This document shows, in pieces, positions 1 through 9,104 of a DNA stretch of 64,000 nucleotides; within the stretch, counting starts at the first letter, position 1, and every line of letters begins with the position of its first letter. The DNA is taken from the NCBI GenBank assembly GCA_965197585.1, contig OZ240215.1, positions 3,232,001 to 3,296,000 on the forward strand, written 5' to 3'. The position numbers were made by a program, and so were the translations under genes. The DNA comes from Dehalococcoidia bacterium (GTDB taxonomy: Bacteria > Chloroflexota > Dehalococcoidia > Plut-88900). The notes under the pieces are model-generated. The model saw only the letters and a program-made list of their open reading frames with translations, had not been told where the DNA came from and did not search any database.

Positions 1-35
1 GCCATTCGCCTTGCCGTTAGTCTGGCCTCCGACAT
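1..35 (-). CDS. Possible 5' end of the next gene of the hopanoid operon (truncated by window edge)
   Basis: ATG at 35 opens MSEARLTARRMA..., which runs off the window 30 bp after the hpnA stop; too short to identify. Confidence 0.3.
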   Translation of the reverse strand, partial: MSEARLTARRM

Positions 36-65
36 AAAACCGTCTGATTTCGGGGGCCCTCTGTC

Positions 66-1064
66 TCATGCCGCCACCCCCAGGGGGGCCCGGCTCCGGA
101 ACCACGAGACTGCATCGCTCAGGGCAGTCTCGATAGGCGTCTGCGGCATCCCGAGCTCGGAGACGGCCTTTGAGGAGTCGAAGTACATCGGATGTCGGGC
201 CATCCTCACTCCCGCCAACGGTATGCGAGGCTGCTTGCTCAGCAGCTTCACTGAAAGCAGTTGGTCGACGTGGGCCAGGGTCATGGCCAGCCCATAGGGG
301 AGCTTGAACCGGGGCACGGGCATGCCGGCCGCGCTCCCCAGAGCTTTGAAAAGCTCTTTCAGGGTCAGATTTCGGTTGCCCAAGATATATCTTTCGCCGG
401 TGCGGCCCTTCTCAAAGGCTAATATGTGCCCCCGAGCCACGTCCCGGACGTCAGCGACATTCATTCCCGTGTCTATGTAGGCCGGCATCCGACCCTTGAT
501 AAAGTCCAGTACGATCCGACCTGTCGGGGTCGGCTTGGGGTCCCACGGCCCGATTGGTGCCGTAGGATTCACGATGACCAGGTCCAACCCCCGACTGCAG
601 AACGCCAGCGCCTGCTCTTCAGCTATGAACTTTGACCGGTGATATCCGTCCACAATCTCGTCCAGCGAGGAGGAAGATCTCTCGTTGGGGACGGGCCCGC
701 CCTTCCAGTGCCCGAACACCGAGGCCGTGCTCGTATACACAACCCTGTCCACCGCCGCCTCTATCGCCGCCTCTAGGATGTTCGTAGTGCCGTCCACGTT
801 GGTCTTGACGAAGTCTCCGGGGTCTGGACTCCATAGGCTGTATAGTGCCGCCGTGTGAAACAACGCCTCGCGGCCCTTCATCGCACCGGTCAACGATCCC
901 CGGTCCCGCAGATCTCCGATAGCGACCTCGACGTCCAGGTCTTTGAGGGCCGACATGTCGGCTTCCGGGCGGCACAGCGCCCGAACCTCGTGGCCGTCCT
1001 TCAGCAATTCCCTGACCAGGTTGCCGCCAATGAAACCCGTGGCCCCGGTTACCAAGGCTTTCAA
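66..1064 (-). CDS. hpnA: Hopanoid-associated NAD-dependent sugar epimerase/dehydratase
   Basis: TGATGFIG Rossmann motif, YHRSK catalytic motif, PIGPWDPKPTPTGRIV segment typical of HpnA, and adjacency to hpnG/hpnH. Confidence 0.85.
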   Translation of the reverse strand: MKALVTGATGFIGGNLVRELLKDGHEVRALCRPEADMSALKDLDVEVAIGDLRDRGSLTGAMKGREALFHTAALYSLWSPDPGDFVKTNVDGTTNILEAAIEAAVDRVVYTSTASVFGHWKGGPVPNERSSSSLDEIVDGYHRSKFIAEEQALAFCSRGLDLVIVNPTAPIGPWDPKPTPTGRIVLDFIKGRMPAYIDTGMNVADVRDVARGHILAFEKGRTGERYILGNRNLTLKELFKALGSAAGMPVPRFKLPYGLAMTLAHVDQLLSVKLLSKQPRIPLAGVRMARHPMYFDSSKAVSELGMPQTPIETALSDAVSWFRSRAPLGVAA

Positions 1065-1100
1065 ATCGCCCTCGGCTCCTTGAATATTCCGTCGGCTGGT

Positions 1101-1847
1101 TCAGTTGACAAAGAGAAAGCTCCTGATGAATCCGTTGAGGGCCCTGTCCGCCGCCCGCGCCTTCAGCCCGAGCCCCGACAGTCTCCACACCTCGCTAGGA
1201 TGACTCACGACGTATCCAAGCCCTCGTGCCACCGAGACCCGCCCCTCCTCATGTAGAGTGTCCAGCCCCTCCGGAAGCCGCATTTCCACGGGGTCCAATA
1301 TCGCCCTGACTGCAAGAAAAGGTAGCCCGTAGCGGGATACTGTCTTCGCCACGTGATAGGTCTCCATGTCCAGGGCTTGCACCCCGAGACTCTCGCCCAA
1401 CTGTCTTTTCACATCCGGCTCAGTCACTACTCGCGAAACAGTCCCGATCTTCCCAATCTGGTATCGTACGCCCGACCGTGACAGCGCCGACTCCGCTCTC
1501 GCCAATAAAGCAGGGTCGAGGGTAGTTGTGCCGGGTCCGCTCTCACTAACTCCGGAGTCGTCCACCAGGCACGTCTCCGCGCCCAGCACCAGGTCACCGG
1601 TCCTGAGACCCTGCGAAGCTGCCCCCGCATAGCCCAGGGCCAGTATCTCCGTCACCCCGTGCTCTCTAGTTAGCTCAGAGACCACGCTCTCCGTCCTCCC
1701 CGCCCTTATCCCAACGGTTGATACGAGAACGCCCGTATCTCCAATCACGCCTTTCAGCAAGCGCCCGCGTCCGTTCACCGGCGAGGCTTGTATAGCCTTC
1801 GCGAAGGAGGATGCCTCCCTCGGCATGGCGGTTAACACCGCTAGCAC
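1101..1847 (-). CDS. hpnG: Nucleoside phosphorylase (PNP/MTAN family), adenosylhopane nucleosidase-like
   Basis: GYAGA, GDLVL, DMET and AVRAILDP motifs; likely GTG start at 1847 overlapping the upstream stop; hpn context. Confidence 0.75.
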   Translation of the reverse strand: MLAVLTAMPREASSFAKAIQASPVNGRGRLLKGVIGDTGVLVSTVGIRAGRTESVVSELTREHGVTEILALGYAGAASQGLRTGDLVLGAETCLVDDSGVSESGPGTTTLDPALLARAESALSRSGVRYQIGKIGTVSRVVTEPDVKRQLGESLGVQALDMETYHVAKTVSRYGLPFLAVRAILDPVEMRLPEGLDTLHEEGRVSVARGLGYVVSHPSEVWRLSGLGLKARAADRALNGFIRSFLFVN

Positions 1848-2203
1848 GTTGGGCTCACTTCCTCGGCTTCCCTCTCGTCCGCCCGAGCCTTGGCCTCTGT
1901 TTTCCTTCGTTGCCAAGCTTCCCAGGACTTGCCGACGGCAGTGTCCTTTCCCGAGAAGTTGACATTGGCTATCTCGGAGTACGGGAGGGTGAATGGCCCG
2001 CCCCCCGACGCATCAAAATATTCCAGAAACGGCTCTCGCGTCTCAATGTCCCTATTGAAGATGTACCCCTCGATAGCCGAGCCGTCGGTCTTCACGATAG
2101 TCGTGTTGCCGCGATAGTCGAAAGCCAGTTCAATGACCTGCTCGATGCTCAGCGTCTCGTCGAGGGCTGGTGTCCAGCCTTCCAGCGATTTCTGTTCCGC
2201 CAT
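1841..2203 (-). CDS. Hypothetical protein (120 aa) inside the hopanoid operon
   Basis: ATG start, tightly packed between hpnH and hpnG, protein-like composition (AFDYRGNTTIVKTDGSAIEGYIFNR). Confidence 0.75.
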   Translation of the reverse strand: MAEQKSLEGWTPALDETLSIEQVIELAFDYRGNTTIVKTDGSAIEGYIFNRDIETREPFLEYFDASGGGPFTLPYSEIANVNFSGKDTAVGKSWEAWQRRKTEAKARADEREAEEVSPTC

Positions 2204-2227
2204 GTTTAAGCGCCCTTTGACTCGGGG

Positions 2228-3250
2228 CTAAAGTTTGCCGGAAATGGTGGCTGCTACGGAGCCTTTGAAACCCTTCCAGCTCGCGAACGTCTTGTCTACA
2301 GCCGTGGCCTCGAACCCGGAATGCACCATGCAGTCCTTGCACTTGGGGTTGCCGCTGGCCTTGCCGTAGTCTTCCCACTTGGTCTCTTCCAGTAGCTGTT
2401 TGAAGCTGTGGGCGTACCCTTCCTGCAGTAGGTAGCAGGGCCTCTGCCACCCGAAGACGTTGAAGGTCGGGTTGCCCCAGGGAGTGCATTCATAGTCTTG
2501 CTTGCCCATGAGGAACTGCAGGAACAGGGGAGATTGGTTGAACTTCCACTCCTTCTTCTTCTCGGCGAGGATCTCGGTGAAGAGTTGGTTGGTGTTCTGC
2601 TTTCGTAGGAAGTGCTCCTGGTCGGGGGCCTTCGAGTAGCTGTAACCAGGGGATACCATCATCCCCTCCACCCCCAACTCCGTCATCTCATCAAAGAACG
2701 CGCGCACCCGCAGGGGCTCGGCCCCTTCGAAGAGCGTGGTGTTCGTCGTGACCCGGAACCCGAGCGCCAGCGCATGCCTTGCAGCCTCGACAGCCTTGTC
2801 GTAGACCCCGTCCTGGCACACCGACTGGTCGTGGTCCTCCCTCAGTCCGTCCAGGTGAATGCTGAAGGTGAGGTACTTGGAGGGCTTGAACAGCCCCTCG
2901 TCCAGCTTCTTCTTAAGGAGAATGGCGTTTGTGCACAGATATATGTACTTCTTGCGCCGGACCAGCTCTTCAACAAGCTCGCCGATCTCCGGGTAGAGCA
3001 GGGGCTCGCCGCCGGGAATGCTCACTATGGGCGCGCCGCACTCCTCCACCGCCCCGAGACACTGCTCCACGCTGACCCGTTTCTTCAAAATCTGGGCCGG
3101 ATACTGGATCTTCCCGCAGCCTGCACAGGCTAGGTTGCACTTGAACAGCACCTCCAGCATCAGTACTAGCGGGTAGCGCTTTCTGCGCATCAACTTTTGC
3201 TTGAGCACGTGGCCCGTGACGGTCATCACCTGTGAAAGGGGTACGCCCAT
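2228..3250 (-). CDS. hpnH: Adenosylhopene transferase, radical SAM
   Basis: YPLVLMLE, CNLACAGCGKI (CxxxCxxC), CTPWGNPT and CKDCMVHSGFE motifs characteristic of HpnH. Confidence 0.92.
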   Translation of the reverse strand: MGVPLSQVMTVTGHVLKQKLMRRKRYPLVLMLEVLFKCNLACAGCGKIQYPAQILKKRVSVEQCLGAVEECGAPIVSIPGGEPLLYPEIGELVEELVRRKKYIYLCTNAILLKKKLDEGLFKPSKYLTFSIHLDGLREDHDQSVCQDGVYDKAVEAARHALALGFRVTTNTTLFEGAEPLRVRAFFDEMTELGVEGMMVSPGYSYSKAPDQEHFLRKQNTNQLFTEILAEKKKEWKFNQSPLFLQFLMGKQDYECTPWGNPTFNVFGWQRPCYLLQEGYAHSFKQLLEETKWEDYGKASGNPKCKDCMVHSGFEATAVDKTFASWKGFKGSVAATISGKL

Positions 3251-3252
3251 GG

Positions 3253-4278
3253 TTAATGCTCTCTTTCTAGGAAGAATTTGGCGAGACCCCTGAGCTGGGA
3301 GTCCATGTCCTCGGCGAGGTTCAGGGCGTCAAGGCGGCGCATAGCCGAGTCCTTGTGTTCCGCGGCTAGGCCCTGGCAATAGTTCCGGGCCTCGGTCCTT
3401 TCGAGAATGGACAGGACTTTATTCACCTCGTCCTCGTTGGCCGGATCGCCGTTTCGGTATATCTCCTGCAGGGCCGTCCGGTCGGCTCCCTGGGCGGATT
3501 GAAGGGCGTGTACCACCGGCAGGCACATCTTCTTCCGCCGGATGTCAGAGGCTATGGGCTTCCCCAGCCGGTCCTCGTCTCCCCACACCCCGAGAACGTC
3601 GTCTCGGATCTGGAAGGCCAGGCCCATGTCTATTCCGAAGAGCCGCCAGGACTCCGCCGTCTCGGCGTCGCATCCGGCGAACAGTGCCCCAAGGTAGAAC
3701 GAGCATGCAAACAGCTCCCCCGTCTTCCTCTTGATCATCCCCAGGTACTGTTCCGTCGTTACGGCGGTGTTACGCTCGTAGGTAATGTCCAGGAACTGCC
3801 CCTCGATCATTGCAAGGGATGCAGATTCCAACCCCTCGACTGCAAGGCGGATTTGGGTGGCCGACTGAGAGGAGTCCACACCCTTGACCAGGGTCAGCGC
3901 TGCGAGGCCCCTCATGGAGTCTCCTGCATTGATGCCCTGGGCCAGGCCCCACTTGTGCCACACCGTGTCCCGATGTCGGCGCTGGGTGTCCCCGTCTTGA
4001 ATGTCGTCGTGGATCAGGGAAAAGTTGTGTACCAGTTCCATGGCTGCGGCCGCATTAAGGGCCTTGCGCCAGTCGCCGCCCGCAGCCTGGCAGGCGAAGA
4101 GGCACATCATGGGTCTTAGGCCCTTGCCTTGCCCGTTAGAAGGCCGACCCTCGGCGTCGATCCACCCTAGGTGATATCGCTGCATCTCGTAGATGCCCAA
4201 GTCCCGCCCTTCAAAGGCCGACCTGAGGGTAGCGTCGAGAGATTCCTTATATGTGTCGAAGACTGCGGGTAGCGTCAT
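3253..4278 (-). CDS. Short-chain polyprenyl diphosphate synthase (FPP/GGPP)
   Basis: GKGLRP, FARM HDDIQD with Phe at -5, KTG and FQIRDD motifs; start reassigned to ATG 4278 (MTLPAVF). Confidence 0.9.
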   Translation of the reverse strand: MTLPAVFDTYKESLDATLRSAFEGRDLGIYEMQRYHLGWIDAEGRPSNGQGKGLRPMMCLFACQAAGGDWRKALNAAAAMELVHNFSLIHDDIQDGDTQRRHRDTVWHKWGLAQGINAGDSMRGLAALTLVKGVDSSQSATQIRLAVEGLESASLAMIEGQFLDITYERNTAVTTEQYLGMIKRKTGELFACSFYLGALFAGCDAETAESWRLFGIDMGLAFQIRDDVLGVWGDEDRLGKPIASDIRRKKMCLPVVHALQSAQGADRTALQEIYRNGDPANEDEVNKVLSILERTEARNYCQGLAAEHKDSAMRRLDALNLAEDMDSQLRGLAKFFLEREH

Positions 4279-4307
4279 ATAGCTTCGAGAAGTTCTGTTA
4301 GGTGGGC

Positions 4308-6224
4308 CTACTGCCCTGTCCTGTTCTTCGCCATAGTTCGTTGTTCCGAGCCCTTCGGAAACAGCTCGGGAAAGTCCCCCCTGATGGAACTGGCGATGCC
4401 CTGCGCAGTGAGCCCCAGCATTTCCAGTAGCTCCGACCGAACACCATGCTCGATGAACCTGTCCGGCACGCCGAGTTTCTTCACCTTCGCTCCCCTGGGC
4501 ATCGCGTTTTCTATCAGCGAAAGCACGCGGGACCCGAAACCGCCGCTTATCATGTGCTCTTCCACAGTGACGGCCCGACCCGTTTTGGCAACGCTGTCCA
4601 GTATCAGTTTTTCGTCCAGTGGGTTTATAAACCGGGCGTTCAGAACCGTACACTCAATGCCCTCGGCCGCAAGGGCTTCCGCGGCTTCCATAGCCGGGTA
4701 GACCATCGAGCCGATGGCGATGATAGTCAGGTCCTTGCCCTCCCTCAACTCCTCGCCCTTGCCGATCTCCATGAGATGAGGTTCAGAGGCCAGCGGTACC
4801 CCGTATCCCGTCCCTCGCGGGTAGCGGAGAGCGGTGGGGCCATTTCGCTGGACAGCCGTGTAGAGCAGGTGCTGAAGCTCGTCTTCGTCCTTCGGAGACG
4901 CCATTACGATGTTCGGCAGAGAACCCATGAAGGCAATGTCAAAGATGCCCTGGTGAGTCCTCCCGTCCTCCCCGACCAGCCCCGCCCTGTCCACTCCGAT
5001 GATCACCGGCAGGTCCTGTAGGCATACGTCGTGCAGGATCTGGTCGTAAGCCCTCTGCATGAATGTCGAATATATGGCCACCACCGGCTTCAAGCCGCCG
5101 CGGGCCATCCCCGCAGCTACGGTAACGGCGTGCTGTTCTGCTACGCCCACGTCGAAAATCCGCTTGGGAAAACGTTTCTCGACCTGCTTGAGCCCCGTGC
5201 CCTCGAGCATGGCAGCGCTGATGCCGACCACCGCGGGGTTCGCTTCCATCAGCTTCTCCATCGTGTCGGCGAAGACCTTGGAATAGGTCGGCGCCCCGGA
5301 TCCCGCCCCAATGGGCGAGCTTGGCTGGTGGAACTTGATGGGGTCCAGCTCTGCAGGCTCGTGCCCCCGGCCCTTGTGGGTCACCACGTGTACCAGGGGC
5401 GGCCTGTCGTGGTATTTCATAGCGTCCCGCAGGACGGTTTCCAGTTCCTCGATATCATGGCCGTCAATGGGGCCTATGTAGCGGAAGCCTATCTCTTCCC
5501 AGATCCTGTAGGGGATGATGATCCCCTCCAGGCTGCTCTTGATGCGGCTGGCCAGCCTCCAGACTAGCTCTCCCTGGGGCAGGGCCTTGGCCAGGTTGCG
5601 TCCCCCTTCTACCAGGGCTCGGTACTCTGGATTCAGGGTGATCCGATTCCGCCAGTTAGTGAGCCAGCCCACGTTCTCGGAGATGGACATCCCGTTGTCA
5701 TTCAGGATGACCATAAGGTTCTCAGGACTGTCCTGGGCTATGTTGTTCATCCCCTCGTAGCTGAGCCCCGCGGTCAATGCCCCATCCCCCACCACCCCGA
5801 CCACGTAGCCGCCCTGGTGCGTAAGAGTGAGAGCCGTAGCTACTCCCGCAGCCGCCGACAACCCAGTCCCCGCATGCCCCGCTCCGAATATGTCATGGGG
5901 GCTTTCGTTAATCTCCGCAAAGCCCGATAGTCCGCCTTTGGTCCTGATATCGTCGAACCCGTCTTTGCGGCCCGTGACCAGCTTGTGCGTGTAGCACTGG
6001 TTGCTGGTGTCCCAGACAATCTTGTCCTGCGGGCTGTCCAGGATTCGGTGTAGAGCCAGTGTCAGCTCAACCACGCCCAGGTTGGACGCCATATGGCCAC
6101 CGTTCTTGCTCACCACCCGGATGATCGTCTCCCGAATCTCTTCGGCCAGGGTGCCCAGTTCCGCGTAGGAAAGACCCTTCAAGTCCTGGGGACTGTTTAC
6201 TTTGTCTAGTACGCTGTTTGCCAC
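4308..6224 (-). CDS. dxs: 1-deoxy-D-xylulose-5-phosphate synthase
   Basis: GGHMASNLGVVEL, GDGALTAG...NDN TPP motif, DVGVAEQH and DRAGLVGEDGRTHQG; GTG start at 6224 with GAGG RBS. Confidence 0.95.
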   Translation of the reverse strand: MANSVLDKVNSPQDLKGLSYAELGTLAEEIRETIIRVVSKNGGHMASNLGVVELTLALHRILDSPQDKIVWDTSNQCYTHKLVTGRKDGFDDIRTKGGLSGFAEINESPHDIFGAGHAGTGLSAAAGVATALTLTHQGGYVVGVVGDGALTAGLSYEGMNNIAQDSPENLMVILNDNGMSISENVGWLTNWRNRITLNPEYRALVEGGRNLAKALPQGELVWRLASRIKSSLEGIIIPYRIWEEIGFRYIGPIDGHDIEELETVLRDAMKYHDRPPLVHVVTHKGRGHEPAELDPIKFHQPSSPIGAGSGAPTYSKVFADTMEKLMEANPAVVGISAAMLEGTGLKQVEKRFPKRIFDVGVAEQHAVTVAAGMARGGLKPVVAIYSTFMQRAYDQILHDVCLQDLPVIIGVDRAGLVGEDGRTHQGIFDIAFMGSLPNIVMASPKDEDELQHLLYTAVQRNGPTALRYPRGTGYGVPLASEPHLMEIGKGEELREGKDLTIIAIGSMVYPAMEAAEALAAEGIECTVLNARFINPLDEKLILDSVAKTGRAVTVEEHMISGGFGSRVLSLIENAMPRGAKVKKLGVPDRFIEHGVRSELLEMLGLTAQGIASSIRGDFPELFPKGSEQRTMAKNRTGQ

Positions 6225-6246
6225 GGGAACCTCTTGCTGCCTTGAT

Positions 6247-6359
6247 AAAAAAATGCCCGCCGATGTTGGCCTCGGCTTAAATAATGCCACATAGGCGGGC
6301 GGGGTGACTATATCGACAGCCGAGGTACTAGGCTAACATATGGCCTGAATAGGCGTCAA
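6247..6359 (-). promoter_or_regulatory. Putative promoter and leader with terminator/alternative helix upstream of dxs
   Basis: Minus strand TTGACG-18 bp-TAGCCT with TGn extension; GCCCGCC/GGCGGGC stem followed by U7; competing CCTCGGCT/AGCCGAGG pairing. Confidence 0.5.
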
Positions 6360-6376
6360 CGTGGACTACCCGAAAC

Positions 6377-7684
6377 CTACCTGGTAGATGAGATACTCCT
6401 CAGGATTCTCTCCCGGAAGACGATGGCGAACATGAGGAGAGAAAGCCCCATCAGGCAGGCGTTTCCCGCATACACCCACGTCAGAGAGGTGGCCCCCAGC
6501 GCCAGGTATCCGATAAGCGGCCCAAGCGCCGACCCTAAGTCCTGCCAGGTCGCGTACCGACTCATTACCGTCGACCTCCGGTCCCTGGGCGCAAGGTCTC
6601 CCGCCAACGCATCCGAGGACGCCCCGACCGCCGCAGCGCTTATGAATCCCGCGGGAAGCCACAGCAAGGTCAGGGCCAGGTTTCCCGGAAAGGCCAGGAG
6701 AAGCACCATGCAGATGGAGAAAGGCGCGGCAATTAGAATTATCCGTTCCCGCCCGATCCGGTCGCCGAAAAGACCTAGGATCGGTCCCCCGAGTGCCGCA
6801 ATCCAGTTAGTGGCTAATAGAGCCCCGTTCAGCGTCGCAGTCCCTATCATCCACCCTCCTACCGACGCCCCTCCCTCGCCCAATACTTCGTTTAGGAAGA
6901 ACCCGAGTGTCGATACTACTATTCCCCCCAGCGCAAAATAGAACACAAAGGAATTAAGGAAGAGCGCTAAAAGCCGGACCGTCTTTCCGTCCCGTTCTCT
7001 TGAGGTTCTGCCCAGAAGCATCCCCTGTAGGAAACTCCCGTCTTCCTCCCTTGCGTCGGCCCTCATAGGGATGGAGATAGAAATAGCAGCCTTGTCAGTG
7101 CGCGTGGGGCTCGGTCTCTTCACAATGCCGAAGACCAGCGGAAGCGCTACTAGGCCCAACCCCGCTACTATCGAAAAGCTCACCAGGCGGCCCGTTAAGT
7201 CGAATAAGATGCCGCCAAGCAGCACCCCCACGATGCTCCCTGCCCTCTGCCCTCCGCTGGACAACCCCATCAACCGCGCTCTGTCACCCTCACGGCCGTC
7301 CTCCAGCACCGTCACGTACCCCCCGAGCCTGAGGATCGAGTAGCACAGTCCCCACAGGAGCCGGGCTATCAACAGCACGGCGAATCCGGGGCCAATCCCG
7401 TAGGCAAGCGTGGTCCCAATGGATAGCACGACAGCCAATGCCAACGGCCTCTCCATGCCGAATCGCCTGAAGAGCCGGTCCGCCAGAGGGTTGCTGACCA
7501 GCCTGACAAACCGGTTGGCGCTCAAGAGCACCCCAACCATCCCCGCCGACACCGCAAACGCCGACACATTGGTAGGCAGCACGGCATACATCATGGAATC
7601 GCCCATGATGACCGCGGCGACGATGGCAGTGATTGTCAGCACCCGAGGAGGCGCTAGCCCATAGAACCTCGATCTACCCCTCAT
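6377..7684 (-). CDS. MFS transporter
   Basis: About 12 hydrophobic segments; MFS motif-A-like GLFGDRIGRERI and LADRLFRRFG. Confidence 0.88.
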   Translation of the reverse strand: MRGRSRFYGLAPPRVLTITAIVAAVIMGDSMMYAVLPTNVSAFAVSAGMVGVLLSANRFVRLVSNPLADRLFRRFGMERPLALAVVLSIGTTLAYGIGPGFAVLLIARLLWGLCYSILRLGGYVTVLEDGREGDRARLMGLSSGGQRAGSIVGVLLGGILFDLTGRLVSFSIVAGLGLVALPLVFGIVKRPSPTRTDKAAISISIPMRADAREEDGSFLQGMLLGRTSRERDGKTVRLLALFLNSFVFYFALGGIVVSTLGFFLNEVLGEGGASVGGWMIGTATLNGALLATNWIAALGGPILGLFGDRIGRERIILIAAPFSICMVLLLAFPGNLALTLLWLPAGFISAAAVGASSDALAGDLAPRDRRSTVMSRYATWQDLGSALGPLIGYLALGATSLTWVYAGNACLMGLSLLMFAIVFRERILRSISSTR

Positions 7685-7810
7685 ATTGCGACCACTCTAA
7701 CATTGGCCCGGCGTATTAGCCCCCTCACCTTGACAATAATGACGCGTGGGTGTTCCATTACCCCGCTCCCGACAGGAAAGCTACACCCTGCGACTTAAGG
7801 CTGAAATAAC

Positions 7811-9094
7811 ATGCGACTCGACCTGGCATCATTTAACGTAGACCGTATCGCCCTGGCTAACGAGACCCGCCTCTCCGACGGAGAATTGCGTGTCGACGCA
7901 GGTGCCGTGAAAGACCTCGTCCTCTCCGAGGACCTCTTCGAAGACGTTCAGGTCCACGCCGTACACCCCGGAGACCAGGTCCGCATTCTTCACGCTCTGG
8001 ACGTTGTCGAGCCGAGGCACAAGGTGTCGGGGCCGGGTCAGGTGTTTCCGGGTGTCCTGGGTCCCCCGCTCCCCGTGGGCGAGGGCCGGACTCATTGCCT
8101 GAGGGGTATGACAGTGACCACCGCAGGAGAGGCAGTGCGGGGGGAGCCGGTCTACTGGCGGGAGGCGATTATTGACATGTTCGGCCCGGGCGCCGACTAC
8201 ACCCCCTTCTCCCGCACGGCCAACCTGGTCCTTGAGATCAAGGCCCGACCAAACGACGAGCCGGATGCTGAGGAAGACAACACGATAATGGGCTCGGGGT
8301 ATTCGGCAACATATAACAAGGCCGTGCGTAAGGCCGGATTCAAGGTGGCAAGCTGGCTGGCGAGCCTGACCGCGGATATGACACCCGACTCCGTGGATGT
8401 GCTGGAGCTTGGCCCCGTGGACCCGAGCCTGCCCAAAGTCTTCTACGCCTGCCAGGAGTCCACCCAGTTCCTCTACGGAGAGGTGATGGGTTGGCAGCCT
8501 ACGCTCCTTCACCCCAACGAATACGCGGACGGCGTGATATATCGTGCCTTCAACGGCCCCGGCAGCATCAGGGAAGCGACCTACTTCTATCAGAACCACC
8601 GGGTCGTAGCTGACATGTACGCCCGACACGGTAAGGACATAAATTTCGGTGGGGTGGTGCTGTACCCGTTCGGCAGCGAAAAGGTGGAGGAGAAGGAGAG
8701 GATCACCAGCTTCGCGGCCAAGCTGTTGGCTATGATGAAAGCCAACGGCGTGGTCATTTCCTTTGTTGGAGGCGGGCACCCGGGCATCGACCCCATGCTC
8801 CTGTGCCAGAAGTGCGAGCAGTTGGGCATCCGCACCACCCTCATGTACCCCGAGATGGCTGCTGGCCCGTCGGACCCCGGCTTTGTCCATTTCGTTCAGG
8901 AAGCCGACGCTGTGGTGAGTGTCGGCAACTACGAAGAGATCGTCACCCTACCCCCCGCCCCGAAGGTCATCGGCGGGACCACCGTCCACCTGACGGACCT
9001 CGACGCTCACGGCGAACTACCCCTTACCATCAGGCACATATACGGGGCCTCCAGCCCCCTGGGAGATTGGACGCTTGCCGGCGTCCAGTATTAG
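7811..9094 (+). CDS. Glycine/sarcosine/betaine reductase protein B alpha/beta-like subunit (GrdE/GrdI family), copy 1
   Basis: DVVEPRHK, GEGRTHCL, IIDMFGPGADYTPFS, PTLLHPNE, HGKDINFGGV and ADAVVSVGN family motifs. Confidence 0.85.
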   Translation: MRLDLASFNVDRIALANETRLSDGELRVDAGAVKDLVLSEDLFEDVQVHAVHPGDQVRILHALDVVEPRHKVSGPGQVFPGVLGPPLPVGEGRTHCLRGMTVTTAGEAVRGEPVYWREAIIDMFGPGADYTPFSRTANLVLEIKARPNDEPDAEEDNTIMGSGYSATYNKAVRKAGFKVASWLASLTADMTPDSVDVLELGPVDPSLPKVFYACQESTQFLYGEVMGWQPTLLHPNEYADGVIYRAFNGPGSIREATYFYQNHRVVADMYARHGKDINFGGVVLYPFGSEKVEEKERITSFAAKLLAMMKANGVVISFVGGGHPGIDPMLLCQKCEQLGIRTTLMYPEMAAGPSDPGFVHFVQEADAVVSVGNYEEIVTLPPAPKVIGGTTVHLTDLDAHGELPLTIRHIYGASSPLGDWTLAGVQY

Positions 9095-9104
9095 CGAGCT
9101 ACTA

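Noticed and set aside
4279-4653. N-terminal extension of the polyprenyl synthase ORF; similarly 44435-44710 for the ECF sigma
   Set aside because: Overlaps neighbouring genes in another frame; family-like sequence starts at the internal ATG
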